Below, piece after piece: positions 39,883-52,515 of a DNA stretch of 64,000 nt. Under the pieces are notes generated by a model. It worked only from the letters and a program-made list of their open reading frames with translations. It searched no databases and was not told the DNA's origin. Both the position numbers and the translations under genes were made by a program. Where the stretch lies: NCBI RefSeq assembly GCF_006345805.1, contig NC_043015.1, positions 42,718,001 through 42,782,000 on the forward strand, read 5' to 3'. Position 1 is the stretch's first letter. The number at the start of each line of letters is the position of its first letter. The stretch is from Octopus sinensis. Lineage: Eukaryota.

Positions 39883-40552
39883 GTGTATGTATGTTTATAT
39901 ATATATATGTGTGTGTGTATAATTATATATATTCATCATCATTTAACGTCTGTTTTCCATGCTAGCATGGGTTGGACGGCTCGACCGGGGTCTGGGAAGC
40001 CAGGAGGCTGCACCAGGCTCCAGTCTGATCTGGCAGTGTTTCTACAGCTGGATGCCCTTCCTAACACCAACCACTCCGGGAGTGTAGTGGGTGCTTTTTA
40101 CGTGCCACCGGCACGGAAGCCAGTCAAGGCAGCGCTGGCATCAGCCATGTATGGATGATGCTTTTTTAGGTGCCAGGGGAGGCTGGCAACGGCCATGATC
40201 AGTTGGTGCTTTTTACGTGCCACTGGCACAGAAGCCAGTCAAGGCAGCACTGGCATCGGCCACGTTCGGATGGTGATATATATGTTTGGGTATATGTTAG
40301 TCTTGACATTATGTTATGCCTGTCAATGTCGTACAAGCAGTGCCATTCATTTCCAGTCTTCCTTGAAAAACATGTCCAGTCGTATGGAAACATTGCCCTA
40401 CTTGGAAACAAGAAGAGAGTTAAGTGGCAGGAATGGCCAAAGATTAATCTGCCTCAACGAATTTCATTTGACCCATGCAAGCATGAGTTTCACCGTTAAA
40501 ACAAAATATTTCAAGCCACTTGATGTTTCTGTATAATTTCCGTTTTTTGCAG

Positions 40553-40681
40553 CTTAATGATGACTTGTTTGGACGATTCCGGCGTGTCGTGCTCAAAGAA
40601 GAATTCTTTGACATGATCTACAAAGCACACAGCCAACATGGCAGCAGAAATCACATAGGCTTTGAGAAGACAATATTTCAA
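40553..40681 (+). CDS. Integrase-derived gene, coding exon 2 (HH half of the H2C2 zinc-binding domain)
   Basis: ttttttgcag acceptor, gtagga donor, 129 bp; RRVVLKEEFFDMIYKAHSQHGSRNHIGFEKT resembles the integrase zinc-binding region. Confidence 0.88.
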
Positions 40682-41171
40682 GTAGGATCTTCTTTATATT
40701 CCTTCTTGCAAATTTCATTCTTTGCTTTTTTGATGCCATATTTCTCTTCAAATGCCCTACTTCTGTATAACTCATTCTCTCTTCCTCCCCCTCTATCCCT
40801 CCCCTTCTATCCTTCCCACTCTCTTCCTCCCACTCTCTCCCTCCCACTCTCTTCTTCCCACTCTTTCCCTTCCTCTCTCTTTCTCCCTCTCTATCCCCCA
40901 CTATTTCCCTCCTCTCTGGCCCTCCCTCTCTATCCCTCCCACTCTCTCCTCTATCCCTACCTCGCTATCTCCTACTCTCTCCCTCTTTTCTCTTCCTCCC
41001 ACTCTCTTCCTTTTCTCTCCCCCACTCTCTCCTCTCTATCCCTCCTACTCTTTCCACCTCTCTATCCCTCCCACTCTCTTCTTCCCTTCTCTCTCTCTCT
41101 CTCTCTCTCTCCCTCTCTCTCTCCTTCCTCTCTCTCTAATTCTTTTTCCCATTTTCTTTGTTCCTCTTTAG

Positions 41172-41798
41172 TTGAAACGCAATTATTCACACATCCCCTG
41201 CGAGGTGGTGCTGAAGTTCATGAAGATGTGTCCAGTCTGCGCCGGTTCCGTGGCCGAAGAGAACATCTCCCTCTTCTGTCTGAAATATGAAGACGACATC
41301 CCTGCCGACCCAAAGTGCCAACAGAACCCGGGAAAATACATCAAGAAAGAAAAACCGAAAAAGGTGAAGAAATCACCGACAACGATGAGGAAGGCGGCTC
41401 GAGCGAAGGCCAAAACCACGACAACAACAACAACAACAGTCAAAGCAAAAACAAAAACGAAGGTTACATCAGCGAAAAAGACAAAAGCGACAGCAAAAAA
41501 GACAGAGACATCAACACGAAAAGCAAAGAGGACATCAACAGCGATGACAACCGCAACAACAAGAGAAACGACTTTAGCTCGTCAACCCAAAGCTAACACC
41601 AATATCAAAATAAGCAATAAGATTTTTGGAGAGAGACCATCACAGCAAGATCACGACTACGTCCGCACCCGACATCATTTACCAATTACATATTCATTGG
41701 CAGGACCCAAGAATAGCTCTGTACCAAATTTCAGAGATTATACTAAGAACCAGCGCGTGCATGTTCTAAGGGCAAGTTACTTTATGGCTGTTGGCAGA
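41172..41798 (+). CDS. Integrase-derived gene, coding exon 3 (CxxC half of the zinc finger plus a K/A/T-rich insert)
   Basis: ctctttag acceptor after a long pyrimidine tract, gtgagt donor, 627 bp open, phase 0/0; LKRNYSHIPCEVVLKFMKMCPVC. Confidence 0.88.
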
Positions 41799-41844
41799 GT
41801 GAGTTGTTTAAATTTTTATATTTTTCTGTGTTTTTTTTTTCAGT

Positions 41845-42021
41845 TCTATATTTAAGAGATGAGGAATTATGTACACTATTTACATTATTTACATTTGACG
41901 GATATTTGTCCTCATTTTGTTTGTTGTTAACAATGTTTTGGCTGATATACTCTCCAGCCTTTGTCAGGTATCTTGGGAAAATTTCAAACTGGGGTTCTCA
42001 TTCCTAAGATATTTTTCAATG

Positions 42022-42060
<39 letters not shown>

Positions 42061-42219
42061 TATGTCTAACTTTCGCTTTACAAGTTGGCTCCAAGTCTCA
42101 CCCAGAGACCTCAAGAGACAACAGGTTGGAAGTTCATGTTGTTGTTATGCCTAGTGTGCCATATATTGGGGCGGGGGGTTGTACTAGTGAATGTCCAAAA
42201 AAAAAAAACGAAAATTAAA

Positions 42220-42256
<37 letters not shown>

Positions 42257-42600
42257 CCTGTGGGATGAAGTTACAATAATAGACAGAGAACACCACTGGA
42301 AAATACGAAAACTAAAAGAAGCAGCACATATGCTAAGCAGACTGAGTGCAGATATGAATAGCATATGGGAACCAGTATTAAGGAAGGATAGGAAAATATT
42401 AGATTTATAAGCCCTAAAAATTCGCTCCATAATTGCCCACAGGCATAACCCCAAGATTCCGAGTTCAATTCCTGGCAGTGACCTGAATAATAATAATAAT
42501 AATAATAACATCATAAAATACCTTAGGAATGAGAACCCAGGTTCGAAATTTCCCCCAGATACCTGATGAAGGCTGGAGGGTGTATATCAGCCGAACCGTT
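41845..42600. mobile_element. Penelope-like element relic: GIY-YIG C-terminus plus pLTR (+) with an inverted pLTR copy (-)
   Basis: WDEVTIIDREHHWKIRKLKEAAHML..SRLSADMNSIWEPVL at about 42260-42385; 41935-42055 is the reverse complement of 42485-42598; CTGATGA-AGGCTG..CAGCC-GAA motif. Confidence 0.75.
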
Positions 42601-43578
42601 TTGCTTTTGTTATTCTTCATACTCTTCAATACCCTGCTATTCAAGATTTGGGAGTTTTTATAATTTTCATATGTAACTACTCCTTTTTTTCTCTCCTTGT
42701 TGTTTGATACTCAATAATTTCACATGGAGGAGGCGTGTGTGGCTTAGTGGTTAAGCTGTTGGACTCATGGTTGTAAGATTGTGGTTTTGATTCCCGGACC
42801 GGGCAGTGTGTTGTCTTCTTCAGCAAGATACTTCACTTCATGTTGCTCCAGTCCACTCAGCTATAGAAATGAGTTTAGCCTGGGGAGGGATGGGCTCCAC
42901 CAGGCTTTCTCGCCCTATATATGCAACATAGCTGCAGTGTCCAAACGACCCCCAAGGGGTTAAGGGACTTGTTATAATAGTAATTTCAGCCTATACAATC
43001 AATATATATCATCATCGTTGTTTAACATCCATTTTCCATGCTGGCATGGGTTGGACGATTTGACCGAGCCAGCGACTGTACCAGGCTCCAATCTAATCTG
43101 GCAATGTTTCTACAGCTGGATGCCCTTTCTAATGCCAACCACTTTGAGAGTGTAGTGGGTGCTTTTTACATGCCACCAGCACAGGAGCCAGCCAGTCAGG
43201 CCTGGCATCAATCACTTTCAGATAGTGCTTTTTATGTGCCACCTGCATGGGCATTGATCACATTCAGATAGTGCTTTTTACATGTCACTTGCACAGGGGC
43301 CAGAGGGAGCTAGCATCGACCACATTTGGATGGTGATTATATATAATAATAATATTGTTTAACTCTATTTGATTATTTATTTAACTATTATCATTAACCT
43401 GAAGATTGACTTTAAATTTAATTCAAATTTACTTCAATTGAATTTAAACTTAATTGTAATTCGAATTTAATTGTAGCCATGAAATGCACGTAGTGTTTTT
43501 ACTTATTATATTATATATTTATCATTCACTTTATACTTTTTGAGATCTAGTTATATGTTATTTTTTTTTTTTAAATTC

Positions 43579-43643
<65 letters not shown>

Positions 43644-43665
43644 TGTTATATTTGTCATTTTCCAG

Positions 43666-44053
43666 GTAACCATCATTGATATCAAGGAGCTGCAAGCTGA
43701 AACTGTGCCATCTAACCAGTTTACACTAGTGGTACATTACGTTGACCTCTGGTCAAAGTACAGCGTCTTCTGGCCATTGTGTAAGAAAGACATCAGTGAA
43801 CTGGCATTGGGCATTGCCAAAAACGTATTCGCCTACTTTGGCGCTCCAAGACAGTTAATCTACAATGGCTGCACCATGCAGGCTGCCGAACAACTGGAAG
43901 AGGTGCTTCGTGTGTGGTCATCCCAAATTAATGTTACCACAAGTATCTTAGAAGATCCATTGGCGTCATCAGGACCATTACATTGGAGAATTTTTGAAGA
44001 TCTGAAAACCCTTCCGCAAGACTCTTGGGAAAGTCATCTCTCAAAGTTACAAT
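43666..44053 (+). CDS. Integrase-derived gene, coding exon 4 (rve-like integrase core, catalytic residues altered)
   Basis: tttccag acceptor, gtaaat donor, 388 bp; VTIIDI...HYVDLWSKYSVFWPL...FAYFGAPRQLIYNG aligns by eye with QVDLIDM...HYQD..TK...GAP..LQSDNG of KRBA2/SCAND3-type integrases. Confidence 0.9.
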
Positions 44054-44083
44054 GTAAATTTAACAGTTTCTTATATATAACTA

Positions 44084-44370
44084 CTAGCAGTATCGCCTGG
44101 CGTTGCTCGGGTTTGTAAGGGAAATAACTATATAAGCATTTTAGAGAGTTACTTCCCTTATATAAAACCGAGCGAAAATGGATTAAAAATGGGGTAAAAT
44201 GATGGTAAATTTTTTTTAAATCATAGACGCGCACTAATACCCAGAAGGGCTCGATATGAATCACGACTATAAGATACCCGCTTTTGGTTAAACTGCACCG
44301 CAAAATGTGGGAGTGGTTAGGAATCTAAATTGGAGTAGACAGACTCTCACACAACTTCACTTATATATAT
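44084..44370 (-). mobile_element. Non-autonomous Helitron-like element, same 3' end as 16662-17057
   Basis: Minus strand ends acaaacccgagcaacgccaggcgatactgCTAG|t. Confidence 0.7.
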
Positions 44371-45111
44371 AACGATATAGTTAGAAACCAATATGCATGT
44401 TTGTGCTTATATGTATGTATGAATATATATCATCATCATCATTGGCAGTGTTTCTACAGCTGGATGCCCTTCCTAACGCCAACCACTCCGAGAGTGTAGT
44501 GGGTGCTTTTTACATGCCACTGACACAGAGGCTAGAGGGAGCTGGCATCGACCACATTCGGATGGTGCTTTTATGTGCCACCAGCACGGGAGCCAAACTA
44601 TATAGGCGTTAGGAAGGGCATCCAGCTGTAGAAACTCTACCAGATCAAGACTGGAGCCTGGTGCAGCCATCTGGTTGCCAGCCCTCAGTCAAAACCGTCC
44701 AACCCATGCTAGCATGGAAAGCGGACGTTAAACGATGATGATGATGATGATGATGTATATTGTGAAGGCACATAATCCAGTGGTTAGAGCATCGGGCTTA
44801 CAATCATGAGATAGTGAGTTCCATTCCTAGACTGGGTTGTATGTTGTGTTCTTGAGCAAGGTTCTTTATTTCACGTTGTTCCAGTTCACTCAGCTGTTGG
44901 AATGAGTTACGGCATCACTGGTGCCAAGCTGTATCAGCCTTTGCCTTTCCTTTGGATAACATCGGTGGCGTAGAGAGGGAAGGCTGATATGAATCAGTGA
45001 CTGCTGGTCTTCCATAAAAACAACCTTGCCAAGATTTGTGCCTTGGAGGGAAACTTTCTAGGTGCAATCCCACGGTCATTCATGACTGAAGGGGTCTTTA
45101 TATGTATATTA

Positions 45112-45241
45112 ATGACGTGTAGGGGACACCGTATCTTGTTCTGCTCTCATAATATACTATAAGGTATATTATAAATACGTTTAATAAACATTGTAGCATA
45201 TTATGTTTGCAGAACAAAATACGGTGTCCCCTACACGTCAT
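45112..45241. mobile_element. Short MITE or hairpin, 33-bp TIRs
   Basis: atgacgtgtaggggacaccgtatcttgttctgc / gcagaacaaaatacggtgtcccctacacgtcat. Confidence 0.85.
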
Positions 45242-45247
45242 ATTTTC

Positions 45248-45437
45248 GGAGTAAAAATTTTTGCCAACATAGCATGGCAGTCCTGGTTTAGGACGAATGT
45301 TGCTGTAATTTAGCCCCAGGAAACATCATCTCCAGCTTGCTATACGACACGATCTGTGCCCTTATTTTTTCGAACAAGGGAATTGAGCACCCCCACTCAG
45401 GACTGCCATGTTATGTTGTGGCAAAAATCTTTGCTCC
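45248..45437. mobile_element. Second adjacent MITE or hairpin, about 38-bp TIRs
   Basis: ggagtaaaaatttttgccaacatagcatggcagtcctg / caggactgccatgttatgttgtggcaaaaatctttgctcc. Confidence 0.8.
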
Positions 45438-45519
45438 AAAGTAATGTTGCTGAATATCTCACGTTGTGAGATTTAAAAATAGTAATCTATTAATATATTT
45501 TCGTTCAAGCTTCAAGTAT

Positions 45520-45850
45520 AGTGGGAGGGACCTTTGTTGGATGAAATAAGTAAGAGTAGTGTAGTAGGAAGGGCCATTTGTTGGCTGAAATAAATAAGTA
45601 GTAGAATGGTGGGAGGGTCCTTAAGTAGCAGTAGGAGTATAGTGGGAGGAGCCTTTGTTTGATGAAATAAGTAACAGTAGTGTAGTGGGAGGGTTCTTAA
45701 GTAGCAGCAGCAGTATAGTGGGAGGGGCCTTTGATGGCTGAAATAAGTAACAGTAATGTAGTAGGAAGGGCCATTTGTTGGCTGAAATAAATAAGTAGTA
45801 GAATAGTGGGAGGGTCCTTAAGTAGCAGTAGTATTGTGGGAGGGTCTTTT
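45520..45850. repeat. Degenerate minisatellite (agtatagtgggaggg...tttgttggctgaaataagtaa)
   Basis: Repeated 35-40 bp module with about 180 bp higher-order repetition. Confidence 0.85.
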
Positions 45851-45964
45851 CTTGGCTCACATTTTAGCTAAAGGGCAGTTCATAGTTGACTACAGACTTT
45901 AGACTTAGCTGCAAGGCCTTCATCTGATGCCCTAAATCATTCCATATTTCACTTGTCTTTTCAG

Positions 45965-46078
45965 ACTTAGCCAATACAAAGTTTGTGAAAACCCATGGTC
46001 GCATCACACCATACGAGGCTGTATTCGGTCACATGCCCTTAACAGAAACGTTTGTTAGTCAATCTGATACCCAGAGCA
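45965..46078 (+). CDS. Integrase-derived gene, coding exon 5 (end of the integrase core)
   Basis: ctttttcag acceptor, gtaagt donor, 114 bp, phase 1/1; YLANTKFVKTHGRITPYEAVFG matches the integrase TPYEAxFG motif. Confidence 0.88.
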
Positions 46079-47462
46079 GTAAGTACCCAGTTATTTTTAC
46101 AGCCCTTCATTAATCTTATGTTGTTGTTCTTCTTTCTCTCTCTATCTTCATCTTCTTCCTCTTCCTTCCATTACCCTCTTCTCTTCCTTTTATCTTCATC
46201 AACCCTTTTTTTTTTGTCAAGACCCGGCAGGACAAGTGAGACCATAACCCATGGCCTCTACCTGGGATGTAGCCAGTCCACTTATGCATACCTTTCCTTC
46301 TTGGGGCACAAAACTCTACTTGTGAAGACCTGTTGAGGCAAGTGAGAATCGATCAATATCAATGGAAATTGTAGCCGGTGGCACCTAAGCAAACCATCCG
46401 AACTGGGCGTTGCCAGCGCCGCCCCGGCGGGCCTCCGTACCGGTGGCACGTAAAAAGCACCATCCGATCGTGGCCGTTGCCAGCTTCGCCTGGCTCCCCT
46501 GCTGGTGGTGCATAAAAAGCACCATCCGACCGTGGCCATTTGCCAGCCTCGCCTGGCCCCCGTGCTGGTGGCACATAAAAAGCACCATCCGACCGTGGCC
46601 GTTTGCCAGCCCCGTCTGGCAACTGTGCCAGTGGCACGTAAAAGAGCACCCACTACACTCACAGTGTGGTTGGCGTTAGGAAGAACATCCAGCTGTAGAA
46701 ACACTGCCAGATCAGACTGGAGCCTGGTGCAGCCTTCTGGCTTCCCAGACCCCAGTTGAACCGTCCAACCCATGCTAGCATGGAGAGCGGACGCTAAACG
46801 ATGATGATGATGATGATGATTCTCATTTCTTATCACAATTGTCTTCCTTCCCTTGCAGTTAGGAATTTCTCTTCCTAACTGCATGGTTTGGGGCCTAGTG
46901 CTACCACCACCTTTTCATCATCACCTCTTCCAATGCCTCCTCCCCTCTTAAAAGTTTTTTATCTTGCAAGTACTTGGTGACTCTGTCCGTGCAGGTGCCA
47001 CTTAAAAGCATCCAGTCCACACTATAAAGTGGTTGGTGTTTGGAAGGACATCCAGCTGTAAAAACCTTGCCAGAACTGACCTCACCTGTGCTTGTGCCAC
47101 ATAACTATGATGATAACAGTACATACATATGTGTGTGTGTGCTTTTTTTTGTTTTTTTATTTCTTTTACTATGTTTTTCAGTCATTTGACTGCAGCCATG
47201 CTGTAGCACCACCTTTAGTCAAACAATAATCGACCCCTGGACTTATTCTTTGTAAGCCTAGTACTTATTCTATCGGTCTCCTTTTGCCGAACCACTAAGT
47301 TGCGGGGATGTAAACACACCAATATCGGTTATCAAGCAATGGTGAGGGGGGGGAGAAACACAGACACACAAATACATATATATATACACACACACACGCG
47401 CATATATATATATATAATATATATATATACACATATGTACATATATATATATACATATGTAC

Positions 47463-47517
<55 letters not shown>

Positions 47518-47538
47518 ATATAATATATATATATATAC

Positions 47539-47579
<41 letters not shown>

Positions 47580-48785
47580 ATCTATCTACCAAATCCACTC
47601 ATAAGGCTTTGGTCAGCCTGAGGCTATAATAGAAGACACTTGCCCAAGGTGCCCTACGCAGTGGGACTGAACCCGCAACCATGTGGTTGGGAAGCAAACT
47701 TCGTACTACACGGCCACACCTGCGCATATATACAATATGTTTTAGGTGCATAATGAAATAAATGATTAAATGTTTTAACAATCACCATTTTTGGGAGATT
47801 TTTGTTTTTTCCATCATCCTCATCATTTTAAGTTCCCTGTCTCCATGACTGTGTGGGAGTCAGATGTAATTTGATGAGGCAGATTTTTATTTTTCTGTGG
47901 CCGGATGCCCTTCCTGTCGCTGACCCTCCTTTGTTTTCAGCCGAGGTAATATTTCCAGACATGTTTTTGCAGAAGATTGGAAATGAATGACACCGCTTGT
48001 AAGACAGTGGGTCTCATTTACGACTATCACAAGATGTCAAGAAAAGAGACCCTACGCATACACACACACATATAATATACAGCTGGCATTCATCTACTAA
48101 TACATTCCCAGGACATTGGTCTACCGAGGAAGACACTTTTCTAATGCGCCAAACAGTGGAACTTAACCCCAAAACCACATATTTACAAGGCAAACTTCTT
48201 AACTGCTCAGCCATTGCTGTACCTAATTATAAAATAAACATCTCAAAAGAAAAATGTTACCTCACCCCCCGGCCACAAAAACATCAGTGCTACAGTCACC
48301 TTTGTAGTTAATAATATATTTATCCGGTGGCAAGCTGGCAGAAACGTTAGCATGCTGGGCGAAATGCTTATTGGTATTTCGTCTGTCTCTACGTGCTGAG
48401 TTCAAATTCTGCCGAGGTCGACTTTGCCTTTTATCCTTTCGGGGTCGATAAATTAAGTACCAGATACGCACTGGGGTCGATGTAATCGACTTAATCCCTT
48501 TGTCTGTCCTTGTTTGTCCCCTCTATGTTTAGCCCCTTGTGGGCAATAAAAAACAAAAATATATATTTATCCGTCGTGAGCTTGCCGTTCATCCTTTTGG
48601 GGTCGATTAAATAAGTTCCATTTATGCACTGGGGTCAATGTAATCGACTTAATCCCTTTGTCTATGCTTGTTTGTCCCCTCTATGTTTAGCCCCTTGTGG
48701 GCCATAAAGAAATAAATATTTATCCGTCGCCTTGGCATCTGTGTAGTTACTAAATTTTATCTTCTTGCTGATTTCTCTCCCCCAG

Positions 48786-49076
48786 AGACCCCTGCCAATG
48801 GGAACATGACCAATGTCAGGAAAAAGCAACGAAGTTCTTCTGGGAGCAAAGGATCAAAGGCCTCCACTGCTGGTGACTCGGTCCCTGCTAACGCCAGCAG
48901 CAACACTTCCAACGATGCCAATTCGGGGGTAGTGTACGAAGCCCAGCTAGGCCCCCTCCCGTCGCCGCCTTATCCTGTCGCCTGCACCATCAACATTGCC
49001 AACAGAAGTCCAAGGTCTCTCCTGCCCAGTACCCTGACCGTGCTGCAGCAGACAACAGCACCGACACCCATGTCTG
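48786..49076 (+). CDS. Integrase-derived gene, coding exon 6 (S/T/P-rich, predicted disordered)
   Basis: tttctctcccccag acceptor, gtaacg donor, 291 bp, phase 1/1, open frame with higher GC than the flanks. Confidence 0.78.
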
Positions 49077-49282
49077 GTAACGCAAATCAGTTGATAAACG
49101 CTTCTACTACCATTGCTGTTGATGTTGTTAGTGTTTTGTGTGTGTGTGTGTGGGTAGGTGTGTGTAGACAGACAGGTGGTAGGTAGGTAGATTGGTAGGT
49201 AGGTAGGTAGGTAGGTAGGTAGGTAGATAGGTAGGTAGGTAGGTAGGTAGCTAGGTAGGTAGGTAGGTAGTAGGTAGGTAGG

Positions 49283-49334
<52 letters not shown>

Positions 49335-50517
49335 CAGACAGATAGACAACACAGACAGACAAATGATAGATAGATAGATAGACAGACAGGTAGACAACAT
49401 AAGTAAGACAGACATATAGATGACATAAAATAGATAGATAGACAGACAGACAGATAGGTAGGTGCATAGACAGACAGACAGGTAGAAAGATAGAATGATA
49501 GACAGACAGACAGATAGATAGACAAATAGACAACACAGGTAAGACAGAGAGGTAGATACACAGATAGATAAATAGACAAATAGACAACACAGGTAAGACA
49601 GACAGGTAGATAGATACACAGATAGATAGATAGACAAATAGATAGGTAGGTGCAGGTATGGCTTTGCATTTAAAAAGCTTGCTCCCCAACCATGCGGTTT
49701 CAAGTTGAGTTCCACTGGATGGCAGCTTAAACTAATGTCTTCTATTAAAGCCCTAGGCCAACCCAATCCTTCTGAATGGATTTGGTGGAACAGAAACTGA
49801 AGGAAGCCCGATGTGTGTGTGTGCGTGTGTGTCCTCGTTTTGACCTCACGTGTTAATTCTAAATGACTGTCACTGCAATACAAAGCTTTGTCATTCGTGT
49901 CCAGCATTCTACAGAAATATGCTTGACCATGGGACGACGTTGCCTTGCTTGGAAGCAGGTGAGGGTTGCTGACAGGAAGAGCGTCCAGCCATGGTAGAAA
50001 AAAAAGAATCTTCCTCTTCAACGAATACTGTCCAACCTACAAAAGCTCGGGGAAAGTGGACAACGACAATGCAGTGTTGTGATGGATTACCTTGGGGAGG
50101 GGAAAAAACGTTATTGATAATGTTTGCATGAAATTTAAGTGTTCTCACATTACAACATCGTCATCATCATCATCACCATCATCATCATAACCACAATCAT
50201 CACCACCATCATCGTCATCATCATCATCATCAACATCATCATCATCATCATCATCAACATCATCATCACCATCATCATCATCACCATTATCATCATCCCC
50301 ATCAACGTCATCGTCATCAACATTATCATCACCATCAACATCACCATCATCATCATCATCACATCATCATCATCACCACCACCATCATCACCACCACCAT
50401 CATCACCACCATCATCAACATCATCATTGGACAAGTGTCTTCTACTATAGCCTCAGGCCAACCAAAGCTTTGTGAGTGGATTTGGTAGACAGATACTGAA
50501 AGAAGCCCATCGTATAT

Positions 50518-50548
<31 letters not shown>

Positions 50549-50898
50549 GTGTGTGTTTGTGTGTCTGTGTTTGTCCCACCAACATCGCTTAACAACCAAT
50601 GGTGGTGTGTTTACATCCCTGTAACTTAGCGGTTCGGCAAAGAGACCGATAGAATAAGTACTAGGCTTACAAAGAATAAGTCCTGGGGTCGATTTGTTCA
50701 ACTAAAGGTGGTGCTCAGCATGGCGGCAGTCAAATGACTGAAACAAGTTAAAGTGTAAAAGAGTCTGTTAATTTTCCTTTTTCTTTTTCTTTTCCCTTCC
50801 TCTCCTTTCCTCAAACCCTTACTCCTGTTCATTACTCCTTCCTTTCTCCAAACACCTGTGTTTTTCCAACACGGTTTTTTTTTTTTATTTGTTTGCAG

Positions 50899-51207
50899 AT
50901 TCGCTGACGTATGTCGTGTCCAAGACGGAACCGACCAGCGATTCCGATACGCTGCTGATGGAGGTGGACAACAACAACACTGTCATGACAACCGCTGCGA
51001 CATCGCCAATGATGACAGCCTGCTCCTCTGACTCCCTCTCCGTTGCCGCCAACACCACCGTCACGGATTCTGCGACCACTTCTATAGGTGACATTCAAGT
51101 CAAGATGGAAACCGTTGATGATACGAGCAATGAACTAGCTGAGATCAAAACAAGCGATGCCATACACAACCAAGCTACAATATCTGCCATTGAAACAGTT
51201 GATGCAG
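50899..51207 (+). CDS. Integrase-derived gene, coding exon 7 (S/T/D-rich)
   Basis: ttgtttgcag acceptor, gtaaat donor, 309 bp, phase 1/1, open frame. Confidence 0.78.
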
Positions 51208-52304
51208 GTAAATTTAATTAAATCCTACCATATTTGATGGCACCTGAAAAATGCCAAGAGATATTAGGCTTGATACATATTCAGGTGCAAATAATATTCA
51301 GTGCATAGAAGTATGTAATATTTAACCTGTCAGCCTTCATCATCATCATCATCATCATCGTTTAGCATCCGTTTTCTGTGCTAGCATGAGTTGGACGGTT
51401 CGACTGGGGTCTGGGAAGCCAGAAAGCTGCACCAGGCCCAGTCTGATCTGGCAGTGTTTCTACAGCTGGATGCCCTTCCTAACGCCAACCACTCCGTGAG
51501 TGTAGTGGGTGCTTTTTACGTGCCAGACGAGTCTGGCAAACGGCCACGATCGGATGGTGCTTTTTATGTGCCACCGGCACAGGGGCCAGACGAGGCTGGC
51601 AACGGCCACGAACGGATGGTGCTTTATATGTGCCGCCGGCACGAGGCCAGTCGGGGCGGCGCTGGCAACGGCCACGTTTGGATGGTTCTCTTACGTGCCA
51701 CTGGCGCTAGTATCACAGCTGCAATTTCCATTGATGTTGATCGATTTCGATTCTCACTTGCCTCAACAGGTCTTCACAAGTAGCGTTTTGTGTCCCAAGA
51801 AGGAACGGTATGCATAAGTGGACTGGCTACATCCCGTGTAGAGGCCATGGGTTATGGTCTCACTTGTCCTGCTGGGTCTTCTCACGCACAGCATACTTCC
51901 AAAGGTCTCATCATCAACATCATCATTTAACATCCGCTTTCCATGCTAGCATGGAATGTTTTGAGGGAGATTTAGCTGTTGCTTTGCAGCCATTTCAGTG
52001 GCTTCATAGAGGCTCCCTCATTTGCTCATGGATATATTCATTTACTGTTATTGTTGCTTAAATACCAGTTCAGCACAAATAGTGCATTCCATCAGTGACC
52101 ATTCCATCATTTTTCCTCTTTAATTATTTTTGGTTAATTTTCTTTATTTAAAACATTAATGTTTTGGGGCGGGGGGAAGGTTTAGTGACTATTTACAAAC
52201 TGGAGTCTGGTGCAGCTTACCAACTCTGGTCAAACCGTCCGTGGGATGGGCTACTCGACCTGAAGAAAATTCTAACTGGGCCCCACTTGTAAGGTCATGT
52301 GCTG

Positions 52305-52515
52305 TTTATCTTGATATGAGATCTGTTTTTTTTATTACCCATGTGGGCCAACAAATCTTGATATGAGATCTGTTTTTTTTATTACCCATGTGGGCCAACA
52401 AATCTTGATATGAGATCTGTTTTTTTTATTACCCATGTGGGCCAACAAATCTTGATATGAGATCTGTTTTTTTTTTATTACCCATGTGGGCCAACAAATC
52501 TTGATGTGAGATCAC
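52305..52515. repeat. About 46-bp tandem repeat (4 copies) inside a SINE body
   Basis: atcttgatatgagatctgttttttttattacccatgtgggccaacaa x4. Confidence 0.9.

Noticed and set aside
40682-41171. Extension of ORF 40520-41290 through a S/L/P-rich region
   Set aside because: CT-rich intron between a clear donor (40682) and acceptor (41171).
41315-41596. Acidic alternative frame as the true reading frame
   Set aside because: It ends in a stop and is out of phase with both flanking splice sites; kept only as a possible minor isoform.
48947-50021. 200-256 aa YLSI-repeat ORFs on the minus strand
   Set aside because: (GATA)/(GGTA)/(GACA) microsatellites inside an intron.
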